Shown here in pieces: positions 1 through 11,909 of a stretch of 64,000 nucleotides of DNA (positions are counted from its first letter, which is position 1; each line of letters opens with the position of its first letter). The translations under genes and the position numbers were made by a program. Source of the stretch: Octopus sinensis (Eukaryota); the NCBI RefSeq assembly GCF_006345805.1, contig NC_043000.1, positions 158,596,001 through 158,660,000 of the forward strand, in the 5' to 3' direction. A model generated the notes under the pieces. The model worked only from the letters and a program-made list of their open reading frames with translations. It was not told where the DNA came from and ran no database searches.

Positions 1-64
1 ATATATATATGGATATATATATTTATGTATATATATATATATATATATATATGGATATATATAT

Positions 65-105
<41 letters not shown>

Positions 106-137
106 ATATATATATATATATATTATATATATATATA
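1..137. repeat. (TA)n microsatellite, interrupted
   Basis: Direct reading; abuts the 3' tail of the LINE at 138. Confidence 0.95.
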
Positions 138-1032
138 CTTTGATACTTTGATACTTTGATAGGTTTCGACCATTATTGGCCCAGGCCATGTCTAACTTAA
201 TAGCACCACCTGGTGAAGTCTTTCAAGTCAGAATTTGGGCACTATGGCCCACTCAAGTAGAGAGTTATTGTTTACAGAGACATATCCGGGTGTAGGGGGT
301 TTATCCGGGATTTCTTGAAGGAATCTGTCCAAAGACTTCTTGAACCCTATAGGGTCAGTTTCTGTTTTAATGTGTTTTGGTGTAATGTTAAAGAGAGCGG
401 GGCCAATTGAGGTGAAATAATTGTGCCGTATTGTTGTTATGAGATGAGAGTGCGATTTTTGTTTTGGGCGGATGGCACGGGGCCCAAGCCTTGGATGTAC
501 CTTAAAGGTGATGCCAACATCATTTGGGCAATGCTGATGGAATATTTTCCACATCATGCAGATGATGTAGCGCTCACGACGAAGTTGGAGAGAATAAAGT
601 TTTAGCTTTTCGAGTCGACCCCAATAGTCGAGGCCTGTCATGCCATCTATCTTTTTTGTGATTGCCCTTTGAGGTGCTTCAACTTTTATGATACTTTCTT
701 TTGTGTGGGGAGACCACAGTGGACAACAGTATTCAAGGTGGGGACGGGCAAAGGTGGAGAAGAGAAGGATAATGGTGTGGATATCTCTCGACTGGAAGGT
801 TCTGAGAATCCAAGAACACATTCTGCGGGCCATGTCAACTTTGGTGTTTATATGAGTGTCCCAGCTTATGTTGTTGTCCACAATTACTCCCAAGTCTCTG
901 ATGTTGTTGGATTCTACGAGAGTTTCACTTGAAGGCAGGGAGTATGGGAGTTTCAGGACATCCTCTTTTCCAAAGTGGATTAACTCAAATGTATCCTCGT
1001 TCATCAGCATATTGTTCTTTTCTGCCCATTGG

Positions 1033-1033
<1 letters not shown>
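138..1033 (-). mobile_element. 5'-truncated CR1/L2-group LINE (copy 1) with (TATCAAAG)x3 tail
   Basis: ORF 228..1010 has post-RT motifs typical of CR1/L2/Jockey LINEs ([32 protein letters not shown]). The tail reads CTTTGATA x3 at 138-161 on +. (TA)n lies on both sides. A homologous copy is at 55314-56086. Confidence 0.88.
228..1010 (-). pseudogene. C-terminal part of LINE ORF2 (RT thumb and downstream domain), 260 aa open
   Basis: ORF track translation; lacks the RT catalytic core because of 5' truncation. Confidence 0.8.
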
Positions 1034-1069
<36 letters not shown>

Positions 1070-1073
<4 letters not shown>

Positions 1074-1292
1074 CTGGCAGGAACCTTAGCACGCCTGCCG
1101 AAATGCTCAGCGGTATTTCGTTTGCTGTTACGTTCTGAGTTCAAATTCCGCTGAGTTCGACTTTGCCTTTCATCCTTTCGCGGTCGATAAATTAAGTGCC
1201 AGTTACGCACTGGGGTCGATGTAATCGGCTTAATCCCTTTGTCCGTCTTGGTTTGTCCCTTCTATGTTTAGCCCATTGTGGGCAATAAAGAA
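1070..1292 (+). mobile_element. tRNA-derived SINE family A
   Basis: GAGCTGGCAG...GAGTTCAAATTCC B-box-like motif; body repeated at 19342, 41587 and 49538. Confidence 0.85.
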
Positions 1293-1301
1293 AAAAAATA
1301 C

Positions 1302-1407
<106 letters not shown>

Positions 1408-1544
1408 TACATACATACATATATGCCCATGCTAAAAACTTCCAGTGTATTCAATGATTGTTTATATTATATAGCATGCGTATATTTCTGTGCAGGTTCA
1501 CAGAATCAAGAGTTAGCTACGCAACAAGAGCTACTACTAAAACC

Positions 1545-1882
1545 CTTATTCTTATTCTTCTTCTTCTTCTTCTTCTTCTTCTTCTTCTTCTTCTTCTTCT
1601 TCTTCTTCTTCTTCTTCTTTCTTTTTCTTCGTCTTCTTCTTCTTTCTTTTTCTTCTTCTCCTTTTCTTTTTCTTCTTCTTTTACTTCTGCTATTTCTTCT
1701 ACGATCTCTATTTCTTCTTCTATATCTTCTTCTTCTTATTCTTATTCTTATTCTTATTCTTCGTCGTCGTCGTCGTCGTCGTCGTCGTAGTAGTAGTAGT
1801 AGTTGTAGTAGTAGTAGTTGTTGCTGTTGCTGTTGCTGTTGCGACTGTTGCTGTTGTTTGATGTTGTTATTGTTGTTGTAGT
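1545..1882. repeat. compound trinucleotide microsatellite (CTT/ATT/CGT/AGT/TGC/TGT)
   Basis: Direct reading. Confidence 0.95.
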
Positions 1883-2872
1883 ATTCCTTGCAAGAGTTTT
1901 ACTGATTTTTATCCACATTTGTTTTACTTCCTACTTCAGATATTATCTTCAGTCGATGAAGACACTAGAAATGTTCACAATCTTTAAATAATAATAAATG
2001 TAGAAATTATGCCCATTGTTGTCATGCTATAAAGCAGATATTTCAATTATTTCCTTATATTTCCTTTTGAGTGAAGTATAATGAATTTCAGCAAAACCTA
2101 AGAAAATTCAAAATAGCTTTGTATGAAATTTTTGAGAGGTAATATGAACTGCACTCATATTTAGCTACTCGTATGAAAAACCTGCATTTTGCTGTGTGAC
2201 AAATATTATATTAATATGGCAATGAGTAAAATCGGTGACAGTTATACATAGCTATGAGTATTTTCGTTAATCCTGTCCCTGCCTTTCTTTCTATTGCTCT
2301 CTCTCTCTCTCTTTCTCTTCCTCTTAAATAACCCAGGTAAATGCTATTAATAAGGTGTTGCTAGTTAAGATGTTTTGTTGTTTAGTATGCATAATAGTTC
2401 TATGGTTTCATTCTTGGGTTAATGTAGAAAATGAGGTAAATACATGTTTACCAAATGTTTCTTCATTAAATTATTCCATTCCCACCGCTAAAATACGTAC
2501 TAAACCACACACATATAGGTTGGTGCATGGAAGTCACACTCTCTCACACTATGTCTCTTTAGTACTATCTTTGTCTCGTCATTTTTCTCGTTTTCTTTGA
2601 AACATAGACACTGTTAATGAAGTTAAGAAGATGTATATTGAGCACACTAATGTAACATCATTTAAACTTTATCCAAGCCTAGCAGTGAGGTAAGAGGTTT
2701 GTTTCTCACCCATATGGTTATGGAGTCAATCGCACTGCGTGAAACACACGCACGCACACACTCACACATACATACACACATATATATGTATGTATATATA
2801 TTATATATATATATACATATCTCTCTCTCTCTCTCTCTCTCTGTATATATATATATATATATATATATAATA

Positions 2873-3202
2873 CATTTCTAAATCTCTCAGAGAGATTTAT
2901 GCTACAGTGATACGATAAAGTTGTTGTTTACTCTCAACTTAATGTGATAATCACATGAAGGGAATAATACTACTGTTATTTACCCTAGGAAGCAGCAACG
3001 CTTCCTGTCGGCCTTCACACATTTACTGTGTCCTTATGTTTACAAGGGGGGGATAAGCACCTCCAGCCAGCGACGCCAGCGAAGCCAGCACACAGAGACT
3101 AGTTTCTGAGTCTTTTCTCGTTATCAGACTGTCACAGTTAGTTGACAGTATACAACTACTTTATCGTATACTGCATAAATCTCTCTGAGAGATTTAGAAA
3201 TG
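2873..3202. mobile_element. MITE with ~55-bp TIRs starting CATTTC and TA flanks
   Basis: TA|CATTTCTAAATCTCTCAGAGAGATTTATGC..ACGATAAAG at left and its reverse complement ending GAAATG|TA at right; no coding capacity. Confidence 0.8.
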
Positions 3203-4451
3203 TATTATTTTTGAAATTAGTGAATATATTTCACTAGAATACTTATACGTTTACAAGAGCTAGATAGGCATCTCCAACTAGCAAGCCATGCCACACCAGG
3301 CTGATGTATATATAGGTCTTTGGTTTAGATCCTACGAATGGGTTGGTTTTCCATTTCTAATAACATCTAATGGCATTCGCATAGAAAAGAACTTAGTAAT
3401 TTAATTCATTCCTCATTTCATTTCTACTAATTTTTGCAATAAGATTCGAAAAGAGGTGTGTTGCTTCGGTATACTCGATACCAGAGCATATAATATAGTT
3501 CAATTATACATGGAGTTTAACCTGTGTTGTTATTCTAAATATAAATATGATTGAAAGGAAATATGTAACCAATTTCCGGTTGGCAGGCGTTATGTAATAC
3601 GATGCTTAACACTGTCACCTAATGAGCGATTTGTGAACTCTTCGCATCTCCTTATTGTATCTGTTACTCGTTCCTGTCTCACCTTGATTCGTTTAATCAT
3701 TAATATTTTTATAATTTCAACCGCTGTTTTTTTTCACTAGTATCATTCGAGAAAGAGGAGCACGAACTCTCTTCTATCTTTCTGCATTAGATTCTCAGGT
3801 TTGTCCTGTCACAGATGTTAGCAATTATAATTACAATTGAAAATTTGTGCATTTAATCATTTCATATCATTTACATATGTCCAGCATTTAATTATTGGGT
3901 GTTTATTTGATAATATTGCATGTTTTTAAATATAGTTTTTCAGGAGAAGATTTATATCCTTTAGACTTATTAAATTCATTTCTGTCACGTGAGCATGTCA
4001 TTATCTTCACGCTCCGTTGATTTATTACATTTCATCGTGGTTCTTGTATCAAGTTCGTGGTATTATATTTCTTCTTCTTTGCAGCTAGTGTGAATGTTGT
4101 CTAAAGTAAACCAGTAACGTAAGTTTTCTTTTTCTTCAAACGTACCTTCTAACATTGGTTAACTTTTACCTTTCCTGAATTATTTTATATTGATAATGTC
4201 TTCACACGAAACATTCTAAGTTCGTTTGGTGATACTGTGTTCCGAGTGTAGTTAATACAAATAATCTTGAATATTTTCTATTTAGAAGAAAATGATCTGA
4301 ATATCTGCTGCTGATTCACAAATTTGTTAGAATAGAATACAAGTGATTACCTTACTCAACATATCTAACTTGCCCATATATTAGAAATACACAATAAAAT
4401 ACTACATGCTTTTCTTGAAATGATTTGATCGCGCAATATCTAACGGAAATA

Positions 4452-4846
4452 TTTATATATAAAAGAGAGGTTGTGTGCTGTCTGTCTCCTACGATTTAGA
4501 TTCCTAACTACTCCCACATATTGCGGTGCAGTTTAACCAAAACCGGGTATCTTATAGTCGTGATTCATATCGAGCCCTTCTGGGTATTAGCGCGCGTCTA
4601 CGAAGAGTTTACGATTTTAAAAAGAATTTACCATCAATTTTTCCCATTTTTAATGCATTTTTGGCATATATAAGGGAAGTAACTCTCTAAAAAATTATTA
4701 TTAAATCTCAGAACGTAAAAAGCTACAGTAACCCCCCCCCCTTTGTGGTTAGCCATATTGAGATGGCTATTATACTTTACATCTCTAAAAATGCTTATAT
4801 AGTTATTTCTCTTACAAACCCGAGCAACGCCGGGCGATACTGCTAG
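4452..4846 (+). mobile_element. non-autonomous Helitron
   Basis: The 3' end has hairpin CCCG-AGCAACGC-CGGG (4819-4834) then CTAG|T (4843-4847). The 5' end is A|TTTATATATAAAA, a decayed TC start, consistent with an A|T target. Confidence 0.72.
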
Positions 4847-5327
4847 TGCTGAATATTTTTAAAACTAGATCAGCAGTTTAATGTTTCTCTGATTATAGCT
4901 ACTAATTCACTTATCTTGTGTTGTAACGTCGCACAAATTAAGAACTTCATATTCTCTCTAAATGATTTCATCACCAATAATGTGCTTTAATGGTATCGAT
5001 AACATTGAAATTATATTTATTGCAATTGTCCTAATATATTTTCACTTTATTTAAAATCTCTAATATTGCGTTTTTCCCTTCATAACTCATCACAGTAGAA
5101 CGGAGGATTCGCAATAGCTTCAACTCAGTCTGTACAGAAGTTGAAATTGGAATTTTCCATTATCTTGAAAACACAATTAATGTGGGCATTGTTTTCATTA
5201 GTTACCATGGTTCTATTTTAAAGTACCATACAACAACGAAAAGCCTCAAAACGCAGCTCCTATCACGTCATTCGAAGTTACACGTATACACGCACGTGCG
5301 TGCATATATATGTATGTATACCCATGC

Positions 5328-5358
<31 letters not shown>

Positions 5359-5362
5359 AAAA

Positions 5363-5518
5363 GTATGTGTCTGTGTTGTAAGAAGCATGCTTTCCACCTA
5401 TATGGTTCTGTGTTCAGTCCCACTGCGTGTAACTTTGGATAACTGTTTCCTGCTGTAGCCTCAGGCCGACCAAAGCCTTAGGAGTGGATTTGTTAGATGG
5501 AAACTGAAAGAAGCCCGT

Positions 5519-5552
<34 letters not shown>

Positions 5553-5740
5553 TGTGTGTGTATGTCTGTGATTGTCTCTGTATTTGTCCTCTCCAGCATC
5601 GCTTTACAAGTGATGTTAGTGTGTCTACGTCTTCGTAATCTAGTGGTTCGGCAAAAAACCGATAGAATAAGTACTAGGGTTAGACAGAATAAGTTCTGGG
5701 ATCGATTAGTTTGACTAAAATCTTCTTAATGTGGTGCTCT
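5363..5740 (+). mobile_element. tRNA-derived SINE family B (OR2/CORE-like) with internal (TA)/(TG) microsatellite, degenerate
   Basis: GTTCAGTCCC B-box, GGCCGACCAAAGCC..GTGGATTTG core and GATAGAATAAGTACT, as in the copy at 20465. Confidence 0.8.
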
Positions 5741-5860
5741 TCATCGAAATAACTGAAAAGAGTAAAAATAAAACTGTCTGTATATGCATATGCATGAGTG
5801 ATATCACTCTCCCTCTAAAAATATATACATATACATATATATATATATGTTTATATACAA

Positions 5861-5918
<58 letters not shown>

Positions 5919-7100
5919 GGAGAGATTAGTAGAAGGGGTAGGGAGTCAATTAGGGAAGGCGATGAAGTAAAACGTGCAAGCGGTAAAAATGGTTCGTTTT
6001 GTTAGTATTTTTATATTTTCTGTGCATGAATAGCATGCAAATTGTATGCCATCGATTTATCAGCGGCGCTTTTCTTTATAGTAGCTTGTTTACTTCTCCA
6101 GCTTCAAGAATTGATACATGGCTGAGACAATATTGTTGACATGATATGTTTTCCGGCCATGATTTAATAGGTATTTTTAAGTATTTAAATTCAATTCCCT
6201 GCACGTGTATGCTGTAGTTGGTGGGAAAAGTTTTCCGTATTGTAACTGAATCAGCACAATTCTGTTCAAATATTGTCTTTAAGCTAATAAAAATTACTTC
6301 TTCTCTCTACATACTAATACTACCCCAGATTCATCGCATTGCCTAAGTGTAGATGTTTGTCTTCATAACTATAATCTAGTTCCGTGAACTAATATATTAG
6401 ATGTTGATTAGATTTTCGTAAATCAAATTTAATGGATATCAACATGCCAACACATTCTTCAAATGTTTCTCTAGCACTACTTATAAATTTTGCTGCTACC
6501 TCATAATTTTATGGTGACGAATTTCACGTAAACGGTAGAAACAGTAAATTAGTTTCATCAATTTTTGACGAAAGCTGAAGGTTGACACTTAGCCTGAGAG
6601 TAAAAGTAATGCCTCCTTTCCTACAACACAGGAAATAAAATTATTCGCAAACAGTCTGTCAAAAAAGTATTTACAATGTATACGTAAACGTCACACTGCC
6701 TCCTTCGCTGCAACAATAACAACAAGTGTAGAGAAAACGTTGGAGCGAGAGGAACAGTTTTTCATATACTCCCATAAATCAAGATTTTAAGACTGCAAAA
6801 GTATATTGTTCTATTAGATTAGCAATTTATGTATTTTGTCACTCACTTCGCACGACATAACTCTAAAGGCAGTCGATAATTAGAGACGATTTTAGTGATT
6901 AATGAAACACAACCTTTACTAGTTATGACGATGACATCAAGCAATCAGGTAGTGAATCGATGCACTTTGTATAATTTCATCAGCTATTCCCCAAACAGTT
7001 AAGTGTCACACATAGATAGTTTCCTTGATTATACATTAAAACCACTCAGCGTTAATTATATGCTATGAGAAATTTTTGACTGTCCAACGCTTGATGGAAA

Positions 7101-7217
7101 ATAGTGAGTAAAAATCTCGAGAAGTACCTGGAACAAATAGGAGCTGCAATAAGGGTGGAGCACTTGCAGAAAACAGCACTGCTTGGAACCCCTCGAATAC
7201 TCCGAAAGGTGCTCTAG
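7101..7217 (+). mobile_element. 3'-terminal coding fragment of an R4/Dong-like LINE
   Basis: My translation from 7101: IVSKNLEKYLEQIGAAIRVEHLQKTALLGTPRILRKVL*. It matches the QK.ALLGT..ILR C-terminus of the other R4/Dong copies here. Confidence 0.7.
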
Positions 7218-7464
7218 TTCACTGGTAGAGAACAGCTGACACCGTAGTACCTCTCCATCGTCAACTATTATCAGTTTCTTGCATAATTTCGCTTTCCCTA
7301 CCGGGAGCTGCATAAGGTCGTCGCGACAGACGGTAAATCCATCCTCATCTTCGATCTGCCGTCCACTTCGAATACTTAAAAAGCCGCACATGTATGCTTG
7401 GTTTCAAACTCTGACATTAAAGGAAGGGTGTTCCTCAATACTATGGGCCTCAACAATTCACCTT

Positions 7465-7602
7465 TACTTCATTTTAATTACCTCTAGAGGATGAAACAGG
7501 TAACTTAATCTCAACGGAATCCGAATTCAGAACTTAATGCCGGACGAAATAACGCAATGCATTTACTCCGACAATCTAACGACTCAGCCAGTCTGCCACC
7601 TT
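7465..7602 (-). mobile_element. degenerate SINE family A head
   Basis: Reverse complement AAGGTGGCAGACTGGCTGAGTCGTTAG...GTTCTGAATTCGGATTCC aligns with the family A 5' end. Confidence 0.6.
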
Positions 7603-7954
7603 CTAATAGCGACTTCAAAATTTGTCACATGGCCCGCAGTCTATAGAAGAATTGTCTAGTCGATAATCTCTCTCTTGGAATCGTCATTCTTGCATGTGAC
7701 ATCAAATAATATCAACTCTGTGTGGCCATCGCACCTTAGGGAAACTACCAAATGACACACTTAAATACTATGATTAACTTCCAGCAAAGTTTAAATTAGC
7801 AGAACTACCCAATTTCTTGTCACAGGCTATACCGGCATACTAAGAAAACCTATCGAACCCAAATCTTTTAAACTATAGCATAATTGCAGCTATTGCAATA
7901 CACTTTGAATGAAAACATCATCTAAATATTTTATCCCCTTTCCTGCCAATATAT

Positions 7955-8011
7955 TCTTTTATTCTTTTATTCGTTTCAGGTCTGTGGCTTCGGTCATACT
8001 GGAGCACCACC
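7955..8011 (-). mobile_element. short 3'-end fragment of the SINE-B/CR1-type tail
   Basis: Reverse complement GTGGTGCTCCAGTATGACC...CTGAAAC followed by (GAATAAAA)-type repeats. Confidence 0.6.
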
Positions 8012-8132
8012 GTGACTAGCAAATATATTTGCTTTTCTTAAAAGAAAACACCAACAATGAAGGGTCCAACTTTCTCCTGTATGAGCTTTCTGGGTGAGAC
8101 AGAACAGCTCGCATAATAGGAAGCAGCAACAA

Positions 8133-8133
<1 letters not shown>

Positions 8134-8186
<53 letters not shown>

Positions 8187-8237
8187 CAGCAGCAGTAGTA
8201 GTAGTAGTAGTAGTAGTAGTAGCAGCAGCAGCAGTAA

Positions 8238-8270
<33 letters not shown>

Positions 8271-8322
8271 CAGTAGTAGTAGTAGTGGTAGTAGCAGTAG
8301 CAGTAGCAGAAGTAGCAGCAGT

Positions 8323-8354
<32 letters not shown>

Positions 8355-8361
8355 TAGTAGT

Positions 8362-8412
<51 letters not shown>
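8134..8412. repeat. (TAG)n/(CAG)n microsatellite
   Basis: Direct reading. Confidence 0.95.
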
Positions 8413-8413
<1 letters not shown>

Positions 8414-9233
8414 TATTTCTATTTTAAAAAAAGGTAATCCGTTGACACAAGAAAGCGAACAGAGAGTCGAGACTGAATGGATGCGACTCCGAATAAACAA
8501 CCAGGAAAGCAGTGAATAAGCAATTCGGACAGCAGTAAGACAGCTGGAAATAGAAAATAATTTTAAAAAACAACAACAACAAAAACTCTCTGTTGATATT
8601 CGTTTGAAGGTTTTTTTATCGGTAATCGTGACGATGGTGTTGTCGTTAATGTCGGTTGGAGGTGTTGATGAAGGCGATTGTTGTTTTAGATTTAATTGTA
8701 GTTATTGTGACTATATTAATGACAATTACACGAATCTTGATGAACGTAAATACGAGGAGAAAACGTTGTTTTCGAAAATTAATCATAAATCGTATCTGTG
8801 TTTATAAATTATTGCTATATTCATCATATTTTGGGTATTTTCTTTTTCTTAGATATTCTGACAACATGGTTTGAAAGGTATAATTATAAGCGGGTGTGAT
8901 CATATACTTTGATTCCATAGCTGCATAAAATGTAAATTTCATATTAAAAATACACGGATTATGGAACTTGAGAAAACTATTTTCTCATTTCTAAAGCAAC
9001 AGTGACAAATCATCATTATCGTCAACATATATGAAAAAAATCCGTCAATACAATAACATATTATAGTCACAATAACTACGGCAATGAAGACGCAGCATCC
9101 TTCAGAACTCTTACAAATACTTATAATGGAGAACGTGTAAGACTACGAAGGAAAGCTCGTTTTCTGTCAATAGATAATAGAACAAATGTGGCTTGAGAAG
9201 TAACATTTGTACTGTTCTCTATCAAGATTATCC

Positions 9234-9307
9234 TCTTCTTCTTATTATTATTATTCTTATTCTTCTTCTTATTATTCTTATTCTTCTTCTTCTTCTTCTT
9301 CTTCTTC

Positions 9308-9377
<70 letters not shown>

Positions 9378-9574
9378 GTTCTTCTCCTTCTCCTTCTTCT
9401 TCTTCTTCTTGTTCTCCTCCATCTTCTTCTATCACTACTACTGCTGCTACTCCTGCTGTTGCTGCTGCTGATGCTACTACTACTACTACTACTGCCACTA
9501 CTACCACCACTACTACTACTACTACTACTACAAATACTGCTGCTGCTACTGCTACCACCACCACCACTACCACC
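9234..9574. repeat. compound (CTT)/(ATT)/(CTA)/(CTG)/(CCA) microsatellite
   Basis: Direct reading. Confidence 0.95.
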
Positions 9575-10449
9575 AATGTAGTGAATTTGTGATAAACAGA
9601 AGATATAACAAAAATTACGACAAAAGAAAATTCAACCGCAATTTGCATAAAAGAATACAAAATGCACCAAACCCACAACAAATACAAATATAAGGAAATA
9701 AAAAAAAATGGCACATCAATATATTGCGGAAATTGCTTGGTGATTTAAAGTGTTTGCAGAGGCCATATAACCTATCGTCACAATAACCACTTGAGGTAAA
9801 ATTCGCACAATCCAGTACTGCAAGTATATCCTGTCACAAGTTTCCCCGAATTGAATTTTATAGAAACGCACCAGATAGAACAGTATAATGCAATACACCC
9901 ACCTTAATAGTCAAACGTCTAATACCAAATGCTACAAAGCACTACTATTGGAGCAATGAGAGCCCTTTGGGGGGAATTCCGACATTATTTTTATAACGTT
10001 ATTGCATTAGTACAAAATATTCATTAGATTCAAATTTATTATGATTATCGTAAAAACTGTCAAATATGCAAATGGAGCGGCTTTAAGACACACATATCGT
10101 ATGTATACTCCTATAAACGCCTGGAACACAAATTCTTCACGTAATCAATATTTGCATTTTCCGTTAGAAAACTCTGCAAGTGCAACTACATTACGTATTT
10201 TCTAAAACGTTATTTGCCTTGTTATAGAACTTCATCCCATCAAGTAAATATCGGCTTCAGATTGTGACACAAAGCGAGGAGCCCAGTGCTCCACTGGGCT
10301 CCTACCTATTATATCGATCCGAAACTGGTGAAAACATAATTTGAGCCCTACACGTTGAGAATGGCGCAATGCCGTTAAAGATTTTGCCTGGCGTGTTAGT
10401 GTTTATCAGTAGCTGAACAGAAAAGTTAGCAGTAGTGACAAAACTGATT

Positions 10450-11450
10450 CTAAAGAAAGTGGGTTTGGAATAACATCATAAAGTGTCATAAAAATTGTTG
10501 CTGAGTCGTTGAATGAATTAAGGTTGGAGAAAAATGAAGTGAAACAGAACAATATAAAAATAACAACTGAAATGTTGACCGAGCAGAATACAAAGTTTCC
10601 AACCTGGAAATTTCCAGGCCCAGATAGTGCAAAAGAGTACTTGCTGAAAAGTTTTCCAGCATTACACGAAGGAATGGCTGTGCAAATGGATAATATGATC
10701 AACAACAGGTGGAATTCCGAAGCGAATGACTACACGAAAAGCGGTTCTATTCCAAAAGGACTCCGGTAAAGATAATGCAGTGGATAATTAGCGTTCCTGT
10801 CTACGTTTGACTTCCTTGAATTGAATGACAAGCCTTCAGTGGAACAGAAGGGAAGCAGGAGGAAACGCCGAGGGATAAATGATCAACTTCTGATAGACAG
10901 AACGGTACCCAATGATAGTAAGAAAAGACACACTAACATAGTCTCCCATTCTTGTATTTTAAAACGTCTTGAGTTGGTACAAGTGTCTGACAACATTTTG
11001 AACTTTATCAGGTAATCAATAATGAACTGGAATAAAGAGTTAGCAACACATGGAGAATTTCTGGCGATGTTTCACATCAGGAGAAGCATATTTCAAGGAG
11101 ATAGGTTATCACTATTGCTGTTTGTGATTTGTATGATGTCCCACTCTCAGATATTACGGAAAGTGACACTGTAGGACACCTTGAAAAGAGGAGAGAGTTG
11201 AACCACCTGTTGTATATGGAGTTGAACTCTTCTGTAAGAGTGGGAGTGAAATAAATCGTCTGCTCTCAAACGGTGTAAATATTCAGTAAGGATATTGGGA
11301 TGGAATTTTGGATTAGAAAGTGGGGTAGTCTTAATACAGTAAACTCAAAGTAGTGTAGAACCATCCCACGGCGAGAGAATTGAGGCTGTTGAAGGTATTT
11401 TTGAGCATGGTAAAATTAAAGAGAGTGAGAGATTAAAGAAAGCTTTAGAG
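10450..11450 (+). mobile_element. old degraded R4/Dong-like LINE RT fragment
   Basis: Fragmented motifs: TWKFPGPD, EQKGSRRK.RGINDQLLID, IFQGDRLS, HLLYM, FSKDIGMEFG. Many stops and frameshifts. Confidence 0.75.
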
Positions 11451-11737
11451 TAGAATTCCTCCGGACAAACACATTATAAAGAGTAGAGTCAATGGAAAAA
11501 ACACGATCAGTGCAATGTAATTAGTTGTCTGACAACTAATTACACTAAGTTCCCAATAAATAAGAGCTGTGAATAATCACTTTGTAGTACGTATGGCAGG
11601 AAAAATTGAAAGTGTCTCATAATTTAAAAGGAGGCATTATAACGTGACTAAGTATGTCCATTGGAGAAGGTGTGAGCTGTACGGCCTTAGAACATTGAAA
11701 AGATATGAGCATAAAAGAGAAGGCGCTGTGTTTATGG

Positions 11738-11739
11738 TG

Positions 11740-11803
<64 letters not shown>

Positions 11804-11805
11804 TG

Positions 11806-11893
<88 letters not shown>

Positions 11894-11909
11894 TAATAAT
11901 AATAATAAT
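11738..11909. repeat. (TAA)n microsatellite upstream of the R4/Dong element
   Basis: Direct reading. Confidence 0.95.
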
